The translations under genes were made by a program, and so were the position numbers. Below the pieces are notes generated by a model. It searched no databases, was not told the DNA's origin, and worked only from the letters and a program-made list of their open reading frames with translations. DNA of 64,000 nt from Promethearchaeota archaeon. GTDB taxonomy: Archaea > Asgardarchaeota > Lokiarchaeia > Sigyniarchaeales > SOKP01. Shown here in pieces: positions 37,001 through 47,732 of the stretch; within the stretch, counting starts at the first letter, position 1; each line of letters starts with the position of its first letter. The stretch covers positions 1-64,000 of the forward strand of contig JAHPZI010000022.1 in assembly GCA_019058295.1 (NCBI GenBank), read 5' to 3'.

Positions 37001-38206
37001 TTAAATATTTATTGATTTTATTGATCTTTCCCAAGCTTCTTTATTTAATATTCTAGCTTTTTGAATAAATTCTTCATTTGATATTATTTCGTCATCCTTT
37101 ATTTTAGTAACTATTTCTAGTTCAATGTTTCTTATTTCTTTTATATATTGTTCTCTTTCTGGAATGCTTTTTTTAGGTTTTTTTTTATGAGATTTAATAA
37201 ATTTCGTATGTCTATTCCAAAACCAATCTGGATTGATTTTTTTATACGGTCCTGGTTTTAAAACATTCTGGTCTTCTATAGGAAAAACATAAGGTTTATA
37301 AATACTTAAACAGGGAAGAGTGGATCCCGTAAACCAATGAACTGTTTTGTTGTTTCCTTGTTTTAAGTGAGATACTTGAGAACCAGCTGATTCAAATGCT
37401 CCATGCATGCAAATTCCCGCATCATCGTGCTCTCTTAAAAAATTCATCATTAATTCTGATTTAATATTCCCTTTATTCTCAGACAATAAATACATTGACT
37501 TACCAGGACGAGATGATATTGGAAATTTATCAGGAATATATGAATCAGAAAAAACATTTGCAAAATCAAAATTCTCATCATCATTACAATATCCCTTTTC
37601 AATTGCATGTTGAATAATTCCTTCTCTTCTAAAATCACCTTTCCCTCTAATTGAAACATTATTTGATATTGATCTTACATCCTTAACTCTTTCTGCCACC
37701 CACCATTCGTCAGCAGTTTCTAATACATAGGCTTCTTTAAAATCTGCAATTATATATGAGTTATGGTATAACCAATTAGGAGCTCCAAACCCACAACCTC
37801 CTCCTTGACCATACTTTTCTAATAATTTAGTTATAATTTCTAATGATTCCCGCGCATTTTTACCTCTTTCTAATCCTAATCTTAGTAGATCCATTCCTAA
37901 GAGCCCTTTTTGTCTTAATGGTTCTCTAGTATAAATTGCTTCGTTTCCTATCGCGACTCCATATTCATTACAACCACTTTCAGCGCCCCACATCCACCAT
38001 GGTTGACTTAATATCACAGCAAAAGTCTCAGAGACTTGTGGAATGGAAATATAAGTACATTTTAACTCCTCTCCCTTAGAATATCGTTTTTGTGGAGCAT
38101 AAGTTATTAATTGAGCCTCTGATTGGGGTCTATCGCTGTTTTTACCAAACACGACGCTTTTTCCATCAGAAGTTGAATTTCCAAGGGCTACGAGAGTATC
38201 ACACAT
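37001..38206 (-). CDS. secernin / peptidase C69 family Ntn hydrolase
   Basis: N-terminal MCDT, FGKNSDRP, WMWGAE.G.NEYGV.IGNEA, GMDLLRLGLERG. Confidence 0.92.
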   Translation of the reverse strand: MCDTLVALGNSTSDGKSVVFGKNSDRPQSEAQLITYAPQKRYSKGEELKCTYISIPQVSETFAVILSQPWWMWGAESGCNEYGVAIGNEAIYTREPLRQKGLLGMDLLRLGLERGKNARESLEIITKLLEKYGQGGGCGFGAPNWLYHNSYIIADFKEAYVLETADEWWVAERVKDVRSISNNVSIRGKGDFRREGIIQHAIEKGYCNDDENFDFANVFSDSYIPDKFPISSRPGKSMYLLSENKGNIKSELMMNFLREHDDAGICMHGAFESAGSQVSHLKQGNNKTVHWFTGSTLPCLSIYKPYVFPIEDQNVLKPGPYKKINPDWFWNRHTKFIKSHKKKPKKSIPEREQYIKEIRNIELEIVTKIKDDEIISNEEFIQKARILNKEAWERSIKSINI

Positions 38207-38481
38207 AATTTATTCGATATTATTTCTTTAAGAAATTTATTTAAATCTATTTTAATAATTTTTTCATGATTTTAAATAATATAGAATTAAAATTTGGTTA
38301 TATATCTTCATGTAAAATCCCCTCATTTTTGTTTTTGATTTTTGTCGTAGTAATTGCTACTAACATAGGTTAATATCTCAAAATAATTAAAGATCAAAGA
38401 TCAATTATTATTTAATAAAATAAATTTCAACCTTTTTTGGAATTTAATAAGAGTTTTCAAAAAAAAAAATAATGAGAAATT

Positions 38482-40248
38482 TTGATTGGTAATAAAAAAG
38501 TTTGGGTCTTTACATTTGAGTACGCGGGCATTGCTAAAGTAGGAGGTCTTGGTGAAGTACCAGCAAACCAAGCAAAGAATTTAGTAGATCATTTCGATCT
38601 CACTGTTTTTATTCCTTCTCATGGGCAACTCGAAAGATTAAAAAAATTTAATAAAGTATCTAGGTTACCATTTAATTGTATAGGACAATTGGACCTTTCC
38701 CCACTTGGATTAAATGAACCAGTAAATAGTTATGAAATTTCTTTTTATAAATTAAATCTAAATGGAGTTAATATTGTTTTATTATCTGGGGAAAACACAT
38801 TTACGCAAAAATATTTAGACGATGACAGTGTCTATAATGCAGATACTTTCGCCGGAAAATTATGCCTTTATAGTATTGGAATGCGATCTTTTATTGAATA
38901 TTTAATAGATCATGAAGAAGATTTACCCAACATTGTACATATGCATGATTTTCATGTTGTAATACCATTTATAGGAATTAAGCAAGAATTAATTAAAAAC
39001 GGATTAGATGTCTCTTCAATAATTACATTTCACTTACTTACATGGCCAAGATATAATATTGATTTTTACCATGCCTGTGGTATTGACGATACTCCTATTA
39101 AAATCCTTATGGTAGATGGAAATAAATTAATGTCTATCACAGAAATATTTACCCTCTGTAAAGAGGAAGGAAAATATCATCCACCAACCGTTGAAAAAAT
39201 TGGTGCCGTTGTTAGCGATTTAGTAACAACAGTAAGCCAATCCTATTTGAGATCTGATATTATTCCAAATTTAGGACAAAATCTAATAGAATTTAAATCC
39301 AATTTTATATGGGATGGATGCGATTGGGAGTATAATGAAATATATCAAAGAGTATTTAACACTTTAGGAGCTGAAATGCATGAAGTTTTAAATATCCCTC
39401 ATGAATCTCCAATAACTAGAAAAGACATGAAAAAATATTTATTAAGATATAAAATTGGCCATTTGAGGGAAAGCCCTCTAATTAACTCATCCAAAATAAT
39501 TAATGCTATAGATAAAATTGCTTTTGGAAATCCTTATATAAAAAATGGAAATGTAAAACCTTTTTCTGAGATTGGCCCTTTATTAATCGCAACAGGGAGA
39601 ATATCGCATCAGAAGGGATTTGAGACTATTTTAGAATCAATTCCTAAAATTGCTAGGGTAATTCCAGACGCAAAGATTTTATTACTTCTCTTGCCTACTG
39701 AATATAGTTTAAATGAACTAGAGACGTACGCTAAGTATGTGAATATATATCCAGATAATTTACGAATAATTTTTGGTTTAACCGCTGAAATTTTTTATCT
39801 CGCTCATATGGCTGCGGATGTTTATGCTGTCCTTTCTCGGTGGGAGCCGTTTGGTATTAATGCCTTGGAAGCGATGTCGTCCAAAATACCGATAATTGCA
39901 ACTAAGGTTGGAGGATTACAAGAAACTGTTATTGATTTTCGGGAGGATCCTGAAAACGGCACTGGCATGTTAATTGAAAAGGATAATACATCTCAATTTG
40001 CAGATGCTTTAATTTCCTTCTTTTTAATAGCCCAAATTTCTGAAAACGTTAAAAATGGAAAGTCTATTTATGATCCAGAAATTATGTATTTAGTGAACGA
40101 AATTCCAGACCCAATATTGAAATCTCAAGTCTTAATCAAACCGAATTATTATGATAAAATAAAGGAGAATTGTTATAACCGAGTGAATAATAACTTTAGA
40201 TGGCCTATAGTCACTAAAAAGTTAGTAGAATTATACAATCGGTCATAA
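38482..40248 (+). CDS. glgA: glycogen synthase (GT5)
   Basis: KVGGLG, HMHD.H, TTVS, GRI..QKG, SRWEPFG..ALEAM. Confidence 0.88.
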   Translation: MIGNKKVWVFTFEYAGIAKVGGLGEVPANQAKNLVDHFDLTVFIPSHGQLERLKKFNKVSRLPFNCIGQLDLSPLGLNEPVNSYEISFYKLNLNGVNIVLLSGENTFTQKYLDDDSVYNADTFAGKLCLYSIGMRSFIEYLIDHEEDLPNIVHMHDFHVVIPFIGIKQELIKNGLDVSSIITFHLLTWPRYNIDFYHACGIDDTPIKILMVDGNKLMSITEIFTLCKEEGKYHPPTVEKIGAVVSDLVTTVSQSYLRSDIIPNLGQNLIEFKSNFIWDGCDWEYNEIYQRVFNTLGAEMHEVLNIPHESPITRKDMKKYLLRYKIGHLRESPLINSSKIINAIDKIAFGNPYIKNGNVKPFSEIGPLLIATGRISHQKGFETILESIPKIARVIPDAKILLLLLPTEYSLNELETYAKYVNIYPDNLRIIFGLTAEIFYLAHMAADVYAVLSRWEPFGINALEAMSSKIPIIATKVGGLQETVIDFREDPENGTGMLIEKDNTSQFADALISFFLIAQISENVKNGKSIYDPEIMYLVNEIPDPILKSQVLIKPNYYDKIKENCYNRVNNNFRWPIVTKKLVELYNRS

Positions 40249-40255
40249 ATTCACC

Positions 40256-41167
40256 TCATATTGATTTTTTCTCTGGCAATTTATGTACTTTCTTTATTTT
40301 TAACACAATCATAGTACATGCGTTAATTATAATTATATTAGTAACCAAAAGGATAAAGCTTCCAATAGAAAGAGATAAATCTCCATACATTAAAGCGAGA
40401 CCTATATTCACAGCGGGAGGCATTAAGGCCAAAGCAATCGCAGCACCTACAAGAGTCGATTTCACAGTACCAGTAATACAGAATCCAACAGCGATACCAG
40501 CACAAATAGCGATAATGATATCAAGATAATTTGGAAAGCGTCTTGCAGCCATTTCTGAAGTAATTTGTGGGTTCTTAACCAGACATATTGTAAGATACCC
40601 TAAAAAGATTCCAGAACAGATGGAAATTAATACACCAAAAACTTGGGCTATTGTACTATTTCTTATCATCTTACCATCACGGGTTGTAATACCGAAGGAT
40701 AAACCTAGGATAGGTCCCATGAGTGGTGATATAATCATAGAAGCAATTACTATTGCGGGTGAATTTAGTATAAGTCCTGCACCTGCTACAATCGCAGATA
40801 AAATTATGAATATAAAATAATTAAAGGTAGGGTTAGCGCCTTCTTCGATATCGCTCCTTATTTCTTCTAAGGCTACTCTCTCTGGAACTCTGTCTTTTTC
40901 TTCATCAAGGGTTTCCACCAATTCTGGGATGGTCGCTTCCAAGGGTAAAATATCGATAATTCCATAATCAATTCCGATCCCTATGTTATTTAATCTATCA
41001 ATTAATTCCGGTACAAAGGTTCTCCTTTGCCTTATAATAATAAGGGATTTTTTTTCCCCTTTTAATAGAATCGTATGTCTAATGTTAAGATCGTCATGTA
41101 TGATTCCTAAAACTTTTTGAATAAGCTCTTTTTGCTCGTTTTTTAGCGTTATTTGTACTTGTCTTAT
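40256..41167 (-). CDS. TIGR00341/DUF389 family membrane protein (start extended to a putative ATA)
   Basis: NSPAIVIASMIISPLMGP, GAAIALALMPP; frame is open 75 codons upstream of the track start (IRQVQIT...), bounded by an in-frame TGA. Confidence 0.85.
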   Translation of the reverse strand: MRQVQITLKNEQKELIQKVLGIIHDDLNIRHTILLKGEKKSLIIIRQRRTFVPELIDRLNNIGIGIDYGIIDILPLEATIPELVETLDEEKDRVPERVALEEIRSDIEEGANPTFNYFIFIILSAIVAGAGLILNSPAIVIASMIISPLMGPILGLSFGITTRDGKMIRNSTIAQVFGVLISICSGIFLGYLTICLVKNPQITSEMAARRFPNYLDIIIAICAGIAVGFCITGTVKSTLVGAAIALALMPPAVNIGLALMYGDLSLSIGSFILLVTNIIIINACTMIVLKIKKVHKLPEKKSI

Positions 41168-41256
41168 TTTAACTCACTTCCTTATTATTGTGCTATAATT
41201 TAATACTCACTAATATTTAAGTTTTAAAAAGTAAAAAAAAAAAGAAAATTTAGTTT

Positions 41257-41721
41257 TTAAGATGCCGAACAGTAAGCAACTATAATATCAGCAATAACTG
41301 AAAATTCGATGAAAGTAAAAAAAATAAATAAAAATTCAGAAAAAATATTTTTTGAGATATTATGGTTTCCGTAATATATCATTATTGAAATCGCTGCAAG
41401 GAAGCATGTTATCCAAGTTAAACAGATAAAAAAGAATCCTACCTGGATTGATTCACAGTAAATTGCTGTAAATTTTATAAATGATACAATGAAAATGAGT
41501 ACAATAAATGATATTGCGATACCATTATAAACACATAAACCTAAAAAAGTGTCGAATTTTTTGAAACCTATTGTTAACCATATAGTCGCAAGAACAACAG
41601 ATCCAATAAAAAATGGAATAAAATAGAATATAATTACTGCTTTTTCTAAGTTATCTATTTCATTATCTGTGTCATTTTCATCCTTATTTGAATTTTGCTC
41701 TTTATCCATTAAAAATAACAC
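41257..41721 (-). CDS. hypothetical 4-TM membrane protein
   Basis: GGAGGTG SD upstream of ATG (MDKEQ); four hydrophobic segments. Confidence 0.65.
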   Translation of the reverse strand: MLFLMDKEQNSNKDENDTDNEIDNLEKAVIIFYFIPFFIGSVVLATIWLTIGFKKFDTFLGLCVYNGIAISFIVLIFIVSFIKFTAIYCESIQVGFFFICLTWITCFLAAISIMIYYGNHNISKNIFSEFLFIFFTFIEFSVIADIIVAYCSAS

Positions 41722-41837
41722 CTCCTTCGAGACAATAATCGAAGTTTTACAAAAACCCCATTAAAAAAAATGATAATATTCCTATTTAAATGTTATTTTT
41801 CATCTCGCGTAGCTTCTTGCTTAATTATATAATTTTT

Positions 41838-42602
41838 TTATTCAATTTTTTTATATAAATTTAGCAATCCATACGCCATTATTGAAATAGTTATAATATT
41901 CAATATGTTTATTATGGTCATGAAAATAGTTAAACTTATTAAATTTGATTGAGTTGGATTTACTCCTAATCTATATGTGAAAAGAATTGAAAATAGGTTT
42001 AATAACACCCGTATTAAATATCCGAAAGCAACGAAAAATGCATTTCTTCTATATTCTCCAGAAGATCTCAAACCAATTAAGAAAAAACCCCCTACAAAAA
42101 ACAAAGTCTGAGTAAGGATAAGTCCCATAATAAGAAAAGTATTCAATAAAACTGGAGTATCGATGAATTGGAAGATGAGATATAACAAATCAAATGTTAT
42201 TAAAAAAGCAATAATTAGAATTTGAATTATTGATACTATGTGTTTGTTTTTAATAAGTGATTTTTTAAACATTTGCTTCTCTAATATATAGATTAAAGGC
42301 ATGGTTCCTATTATTGTTGTAATATATCCAATGAGTCTTAATATCATCATAGGATGGGCAGTACCCGCAGATATCCCTGTTCCAAAATTTGTAGTTTTAT
42401 TAAAGATATAAATCATAATTTGGCCAATTAAAACACAAAGAAAGAAAATACTCATTGTAAATAAAAATGGTTTAGCTACCATATCCGCTTTCTTTAATCG
42501 GATTAATAAAAAGATAATGATAATTCCAAATACAAAAAATAATGAAAAAGCACTAACGTCGTAAAAAATCATATAAATAGACATTATTATATCAGATATC
42601 AA
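41838..42602 (-). CDS. hypothetical 7-TM membrane protein
   Basis: seven hydrophobic segments. Confidence 0.7.
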   Translation of the reverse strand: MISDIIMSIYMIFYDVSAFSLFFVFGIIIIFLLIRLKKADMVAKPFLFTMSIFFLCVLIGQIMIYIFNKTTNFGTGISAGTAHPMMILRLIGYITTIIGTMPLIYILEKQMFKKSLIKNKHIVSIIQILIIAFLITFDLLYLIFQFIDTPVLLNTFLIMGLILTQTLFFVGGFFLIGLRSSGEYRRNAFFVAFGYLIRVLLNLFSILFTYRLGVNPTQSNLISLTIFMTIINILNIITISIMAYGLLNLYKKIE

Positions 42603-42672
42603 AAAGATTTTTAATATTCATATATAGAACTCTTTTTCATATAAATATTGCATTAAATTTTTGACAAAATTA

Positions 42673-44676
42673 TTAATTCCAAAAGGGATATAAATTCTGT
42701 GTTATTGCATCTTTTGTATCTGGAACAACCTCAAGCTCTGATTTAACCCAATCGGATATCCATTGATATTTCTGTTTAAATCTGCTGTCCATGAATATAA
42801 TAGCACCTTTGTCTGATATTTTTCTTATTGGACGCCCAGATGCTTGGTTTGCGCGTTGAATAGCTGGATATAAATATCCAAAATTCCATCCTTGTTTATT
42901 AAATACCTTATCATAATAATCAATTTTCGCATTCACCCGAGGAGTTGGCAAATGATAAGGAAATCCCGCAACTACCACAGCATTCATAAAATCTCCGGGA
43001 TAATCCTCTCCCTCAGAATTTCGTCCACCGCATACACCTAGTAAAACCCCACCATTATTTTGCGAATTTGCCATTGACTTAAAATCATTTACTAAGATAG
43101 CATTCTCTGACGCCCTTAAGCCAGGTTCTTCAACAAACAATTTTTTATTATTTTTTTCTACAACTGAGTCTATACCATTTGAAAGCAATCCTTTTAATAT
43201 TTTATATGAAGCACAGAATATACCTACATTTGCAGGAGTACAATATAAAACTTCATCTATCTTAGAAATCATCTTTTTAAACATACTTGCTGTTCTACTT
43301 TCTCTCTTCGTATCAACTCCTTCGATAATAAGCGCTTTAATATTTTTCTTTTTAAAGGGTGAGTCTGCGATTATACCCTTATAACTTTTACCACTTTCTT
43401 GAAGAGCCATTAGATTATTAAATACGTAAGGATTTACAGTTCCTGAAAGATTTAGACAAGTATAACAGCTTTTTAAAATAGGGATGGCAATTTCTCTTGG
43501 ATCCAATGCTAAAATTTCAAGAGCAATATTTTTTTTTCCTTTTCTTTCTTGGATTCTATAACAAAAAAAATAGCTGTCTAACGCGTAAGTTTTAATCCAT
43601 TTAAGCCAAAATTCTGCTAATGAGCCAAGAAAATCCCTTGAAATTTCACCATTTGCAATTTTTTCTTCGTGGATAGACTCACTAAAATCGTACAAATCAT
43701 TGATAAAATTTTTAAATTCGTTTAGATCTGAGAATCCAAGTTTTTTATATATTAATTCTATTAAAACATTTGGAGCTATTGCCTTCTCGTCTACCTTTAA
43801 TGAATTAATCTTCTTATCCAAATGTTCTTTTAAAATAGTAACAAAGCTTTGCATAAGAATTGGCGCTTGATACATTTCTAAGTCTTTTAAACATAACTTT
43901 AAAGAATAAGGAGTAATTCGAGCCGAATTTACTTCTGTTGCAACGTCTATAATATTATGACATTCATCAATAACTAAAATACAGTTTTGTAATTCACGCC
44001 CAATAAATTTTAAAAAAGTCTCACGTATAAAAGGATTAAAAATCCACTGATAATTGCAGATAATAACGTTCATTTCTTCTAATAAGAATTTACTTAGAAA
44101 ATATGGACAAAGTTTCTTGTCTTTACAAAATTTTATTAGCTCTTCAGCATCAATTGGCTTATTAAATAATTCAGGAGCAATAAAAACAGGATTCTCTAAT
44201 TCACTTTTTTTTTTCAATAAATTTAAGAAATGAGAGCAGTTTTTATTTCTTCTCAAATCTTTACATACAGACATGGAATCCATTGGATTAAGTTTCATTG
44301 ATAATAGTGTTTTATTTAAACACATTTCGTTTCTACCACGGATTGAGATTCCATTTATTGTAAAATTTAAGTTGTTTTCTTTAATGAAATTAGAAATTTT
44401 AACTAACTCCTTAATAACCCTAGTGTTTTGAGCGTGTGTACGACAAAGATATATTATTTTCAATTCTTTTTTAATTATTAAGGGGAGAAGGGCACTTAAA
44501 GCAATAATGGTTTTTCCTGTTCCATTTGGAGCTACGAGCAATATGTTCTTTTTAGTGTGAGCACTTTTTTCTATTTGTTTTATAATATCTTCTTGTGAAA
44601 CTCTAAATTGTTCATACGGGAAAAATTGCAAATAATTGTGAGAAGTCAATAATTTATCTCCAAGGTTTTGATTCAT
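42673..44676 (-). CDS. xpd: XPD/Rad3-like Fe-S DNA helicase
   Basis: APNGTGKT, RGRNEMC, CPYF, DECH, SGT, SEG.D, QA.GR.IR. Confidence 0.92.
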   Translation of the reverse strand: MNQNLGDKLLTSHNYLQFFPYEQFRVSQEDIIKQIEKSAHTKKNILLVAPNGTGKTIIALSALLPLIIKKELKIIYLCRTHAQNTRVIKELVKISNFIKENNLNFTINGISIRGRNEMCLNKTLLSMKLNPMDSMSVCKDLRRNKNCSHFLNLLKKKSELENPVFIAPELFNKPIDAEELIKFCKDKKLCPYFLSKFLLEEMNVIICNYQWIFNPFIRETFLKFIGRELQNCILVIDECHNIIDVATEVNSARITPYSLKLCLKDLEMYQAPILMQSFVTILKEHLDKKINSLKVDEKAIAPNVLIELIYKKLGFSDLNEFKNFINDLYDFSESIHEEKIANGEISRDFLGSLAEFWLKWIKTYALDSYFFCYRIQERKGKKNIALEILALDPREIAIPILKSCYTCLNLSGTVNPYVFNNLMALQESGKSYKGIIADSPFKKKNIKALIIEGVDTKRESRTASMFKKMISKIDEVLYCTPANVGIFCASYKILKGLLSNGIDSVVEKNNKKLFVEEPGLRASENAILVNDFKSMANSQNNGGVLLGVCGGRNSEGEDYPGDFMNAVVVAGFPYHLPTPRVNAKIDYYDKVFNKQGWNFGYLYPAIQRANQASGRPIRKISDKGAIIFMDSRFKQKYQWISDWVKSELEVVPDTKDAITQNLYPFWN

Positions 44677-44752
44677 AAATATTGATGAAATTCAAAATTT
44701 ATATAAAAGAGGACCATAAAAATTTATTTATTAAGGATATTTAATAAAAAAA

Positions 44753-45631
44753 ATGAATGAGAATTATAATCTAAAATTAAAAGATATTTATTCTGAAAGT
44801 CTTGTAAGAGATTTAGTTCTATTCTTTTTTCTATTTATTTTAGTTGTTGCTCAAAAATGGGATAATATTCTATTATTACTATTTCCTCTAATATCTTTTA
44901 GCTTCGCCATTTTTTTTAAAATTATAGATATTATTAAGAAGAGGAGCGAGGGAGATAATAGTCAAATTATTTATAATCCCTTAGGTAATGAAAAAAAACA
45001 TGCAAATCGATTAGTTTTTTGTGCTCTATTACAATTAATTTTATTATTCTGGTTTGGCGCTGAATCATTCTATCATCCACAATTGATTGATAATTATTAT
45101 ATTTATTTCATCTCTTTTATCATATTTTTCTATACATTTGGTTTTTACTGGATGTTTCTTGATTTATGGAAATATAGTAGGATTGAAATTCTAAAAGAGG
45201 GAATCGAAGTTAAAGATTCTCAAATACTCTCCAAAAATATAGACAATGTCGTTTCTTTTCTCAAAATGAAAAATTTTAAAATAATTTCTTTTATTAGCTT
45301 GTTAATTTTTATAATCTTAAACTTATTAAATGTATTTTTTGCATTTTTAATTCACCTCGGAATTATGCCAGGAATAAATTATACTTTACCAGGTTCTGGC
45401 ATTGAAGAATCAGATCCGATTAGTATCTCGTTTTTTATCTATGGAATTATTGCTATATCACCTTCAGCATCTATAATCTTTCTCTTTTTAAACTATAGAG
45501 ATATAAATAATATAAATAAAGAAAAATTTTATAAAGTTATAGATTCTTTACCTAAGGATGTAAAAAATAAAATTATTGAAAATCTCGAAACACTTAATAA
45601 AAAATTAAAGTTTATATTAAGACTGGAATAA
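44753..45631 (+). CDS. hypothetical membrane protein
   Basis: about 6 TM segments, 292 aa. Confidence 0.7.
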   Translation: MNENYNLKLKDIYSESLVRDLVLFFFLFILVVAQKWDNILLLLFPLISFSFAIFFKIIDIIKKRSEGDNSQIIYNPLGNEKKHANRLVFCALLQLILLFWFGAESFYHPQLIDNYYIYFISFIIFFYTFGFYWMFLDLWKYSRIEILKEGIEVKDSQILSKNIDNVVSFLKMKNFKIISFISLLIFIILNLLNVFFAFLIHLGIMPGINYTLPGSGIEESDPISISFFIYGIIAISPSASIIFLFLNYRDINNINKEKFYKVIDSLPKDVKNKIIENLETLNKKLKFILRLE

Positions 45632-45650
45632 TTATAATTATAGGAGAAAA

Positions 45651-46181
45651 ATGACTACTAGGTTACTATTCAAAATAATTGTCGTTGGTGACGGAGGGGT
45701 CGGAAAATCTACTATGATCCAAAGATTAACGACTGGGCAATTTATTCCAATGAAAATTACGATTGGAACCGATTTGATCACTCATGATGTAGCAATAAGT
45801 GATACTGAGCTGGCAAAATTACAGATTTGGGATTTTGGGGGGGAGAAACGATTTCGATTCTTTTTACCGAATTATTGTCGAGGAGCTGTTGGATGTTTAC
45901 TATGTTATGATATTACACGCTTTAGAAGCTTAGAAAATTTGGAGGAATGGTATAATATTGTAAAAGAAAACACGGTAGATCCGGTTATTATTTTAGTTGG
46001 ACAAAAACAAGATTTAGCAGAAGAAAAGAGAGTTGTAAAAGTTTCTGATGCAGAAGCATTTCAACAAAAATATAGTCTTCCCTATTTTTATGAAACTTCT
46101 TCCAAATCTGGATACAATAACGAATTGATTTTTAGAATACTAACTAAAGCAATTATAGTAAAACAAAAGAAAGTATTATAG
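45651..46181 (+). CDS. Rab-like small GTPase
   Basis: GDGGVGKST, TIG.D, WDFGGEKRF, QKQD, TSSK; GGAG SD. Confidence 0.92.
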   Translation: MTTRLLFKIIVVGDGGVGKSTMIQRLTTGQFIPMKITIGTDLITHDVAISDTELAKLQIWDFGGEKRFRFFLPNYCRGAVGCLLCYDITRFRSLENLEEWYNIVKENTVDPVIILVGQKQDLAEEKRVVKVSDAEAFQQKYSLPYFYETSSKSGYNNELIFRILTKAIIVKQKKVL

Positions 46182-46247
46182 AGTTCTTAGTTTTTCATTA
46201 AAAAATAAAATAATAATAAGAAAAAAAATATTAAAAAAAAGAATTGG

Positions 46248-47186
46248 TTAATCCTCAAGTAGCTCTTTAATTTCCTCTGCATTTAATTTTAAATATTTAG
46301 CAGCAATTAAATCCTTACCTAAGAGAGTTTTAAAATTCTTTTTACGTTTTTTATTAATAAATTTTTTCATTTCACTTAAGTCAGGGTTCTTGTTAGTGAT
46401 ATCTATCAATCCCATCTCTACTGCTGCATCGACTACTTTCTGCCCGATATCCGTCCTTATTATTAATAATGCTTCTCCATCTGGAGCTCCCCACGGTGAG
46501 TGTGAAATGTCAGAAAACTCACCTGAGAAGTCAGTACAATATCTACATCCTGCCATTCCACCTGAAGAGCAAGCATTAGCAATTCTGAGAGAAGTGCGCT
46601 CTATCCCTGTGTTAAAATCAGAAACCATAATTTTTGCGACGCCGCGAATATGACAAGGGTTACCAAGAATTCCGATATCCTTCTTTTTATCTAAATATGC
46701 TTCACCAATTCCTGTTACTAAAGGTCCGGCACTCTCAAGAGTAAGTTTAGGTATGTATTGTTTAGCATCATTTGCATTATCGACAACAATAGGGAGCGCA
46801 AGAGGGGGGCTTTTTTGTTTTGGTTCTCCTAAGACCATATGCTTAACGATTCCTTTTTCAAAAGCTGCTGCGATAAGATTATATAAGATTTCATCGCTGT
46901 TTTTTGATTTAACTTGAATTATATCTTTATAAACGCCAACAGCTAAATCAATTCTGCTTGAACCAAAAAGAGACTTTTCGATCTCGCTCACTGGAAAAAA
47001 TGTTCGAGGACAAGAATTATAGCATAATCCTATTGTCTCTGAACAATTATCTACGACATATGCTTCTCCTGTTTCTAGATTGAAATCCATATGCGGGCAA
47101 AAAGAATTGCAGCTTCCGCAATGAATGCATAAACCTTGAAATATTACTTCTGCTTCAAGATCTTGGCTTGATTTTTCTACTTTCAT
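46248..47186 (-). CDS. coenzyme F420 hydrogenase/dehydrogenase beta subunit (FrhB/FdhB-like) with ferredoxin domain
   Basis: CIHCGSCNSFCP, GLCYNSCPR, GNPCH, GCRYCTDF...SDIS, IIRTDIG. Confidence 0.85.
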   Translation of the reverse strand: MKVEKSSQDLEAEVIFQGLCIHCGSCNSFCPHMDFNLETGEAYVVDNCSETIGLCYNSCPRTFFPVSEIEKSLFGSSRIDLAVGVYKDIIQVKSKNSDEILYNLIAAAFEKGIVKHMVLGEPKQKSPPLALPIVVDNANDAKQYIPKLTLESAGPLVTGIGEAYLDKKKDIGILGNPCHIRGVAKIMVSDFNTGIERTSLRIANACSSGGMAGCRYCTDFSGEFSDISHSPWGAPDGEALLIIRTDIGQKVVDAAVEMGLIDITNKNPDLSEMKKFINKKRKKNFKTLLGKDLIAAKYLKLNAEEIKELLED

Positions 47187-47397
47187 GATTTTTCTTCTTA
47201 AAAAATTTTTTTTTTAACTTAAATTGCAAAATTTTTGAATGCAAATAAAATTTAGTGTGAAATTTCACACATTGAGTGATATTCACAAATATCAAAAAAC
47301 TAAAGTAGTTTTCCCTTAACGTATAAATTTTAGTATATTTTATGTATTTAGAGAAAGAATAAAAAATTAAATCATTAATTTTTTTGATATTCTCTGT

Positions 47398-47691
47398 TCA
47401 TTCTTCCCTCTCAACTAAAAATCTACTACATGTATCGTCTAATTTTTCAATTATTTGTTCACGATCTTTCCAAATTATCCATGTAGATCCTGATTTTTCA
47501 AAATTATATCCAGTATATTCTTCTTTTTTCAACCGTTCTAATGTTTTTTTAACGAAACTCCAAGAAAAACCAGTTTTATCAACAATTTCTTTTATAGTAA
47601 TTGGGTGATTCGTTTCGAGTTCATTATTAATAAACTCTAAAATCTTTTCAAATCCAGTTTTTAGTGGTGAATCTACATTTTCAGATGACAA
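47398..47691 (-). CDS. small winged-helix DNA-binding protein
   Basis: TIKEIVDKTGFSWSFVKKTLERL. Confidence 0.7.
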   Translation of the reverse strand: MSSENVDSPLKTGFEKILEFINNELETNHPITIKEIVDKTGFSWSFVKKTLERLKKEEYTGYNFEKSGSTWIIWKDREQIIEKLDDTCSRFLVEREE

Positions 47692-47732
47692 TTTTAGTTC
47701 AACAATTATTATTTGTGTTTTATTTAAAATAA

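Noticed and set aside
46248-47186. Selenocysteine recoding/SECIS near the FrhB-like gene
   Set aside because: No in-frame TGA at a Cys position and no convincing SECIS hairpin
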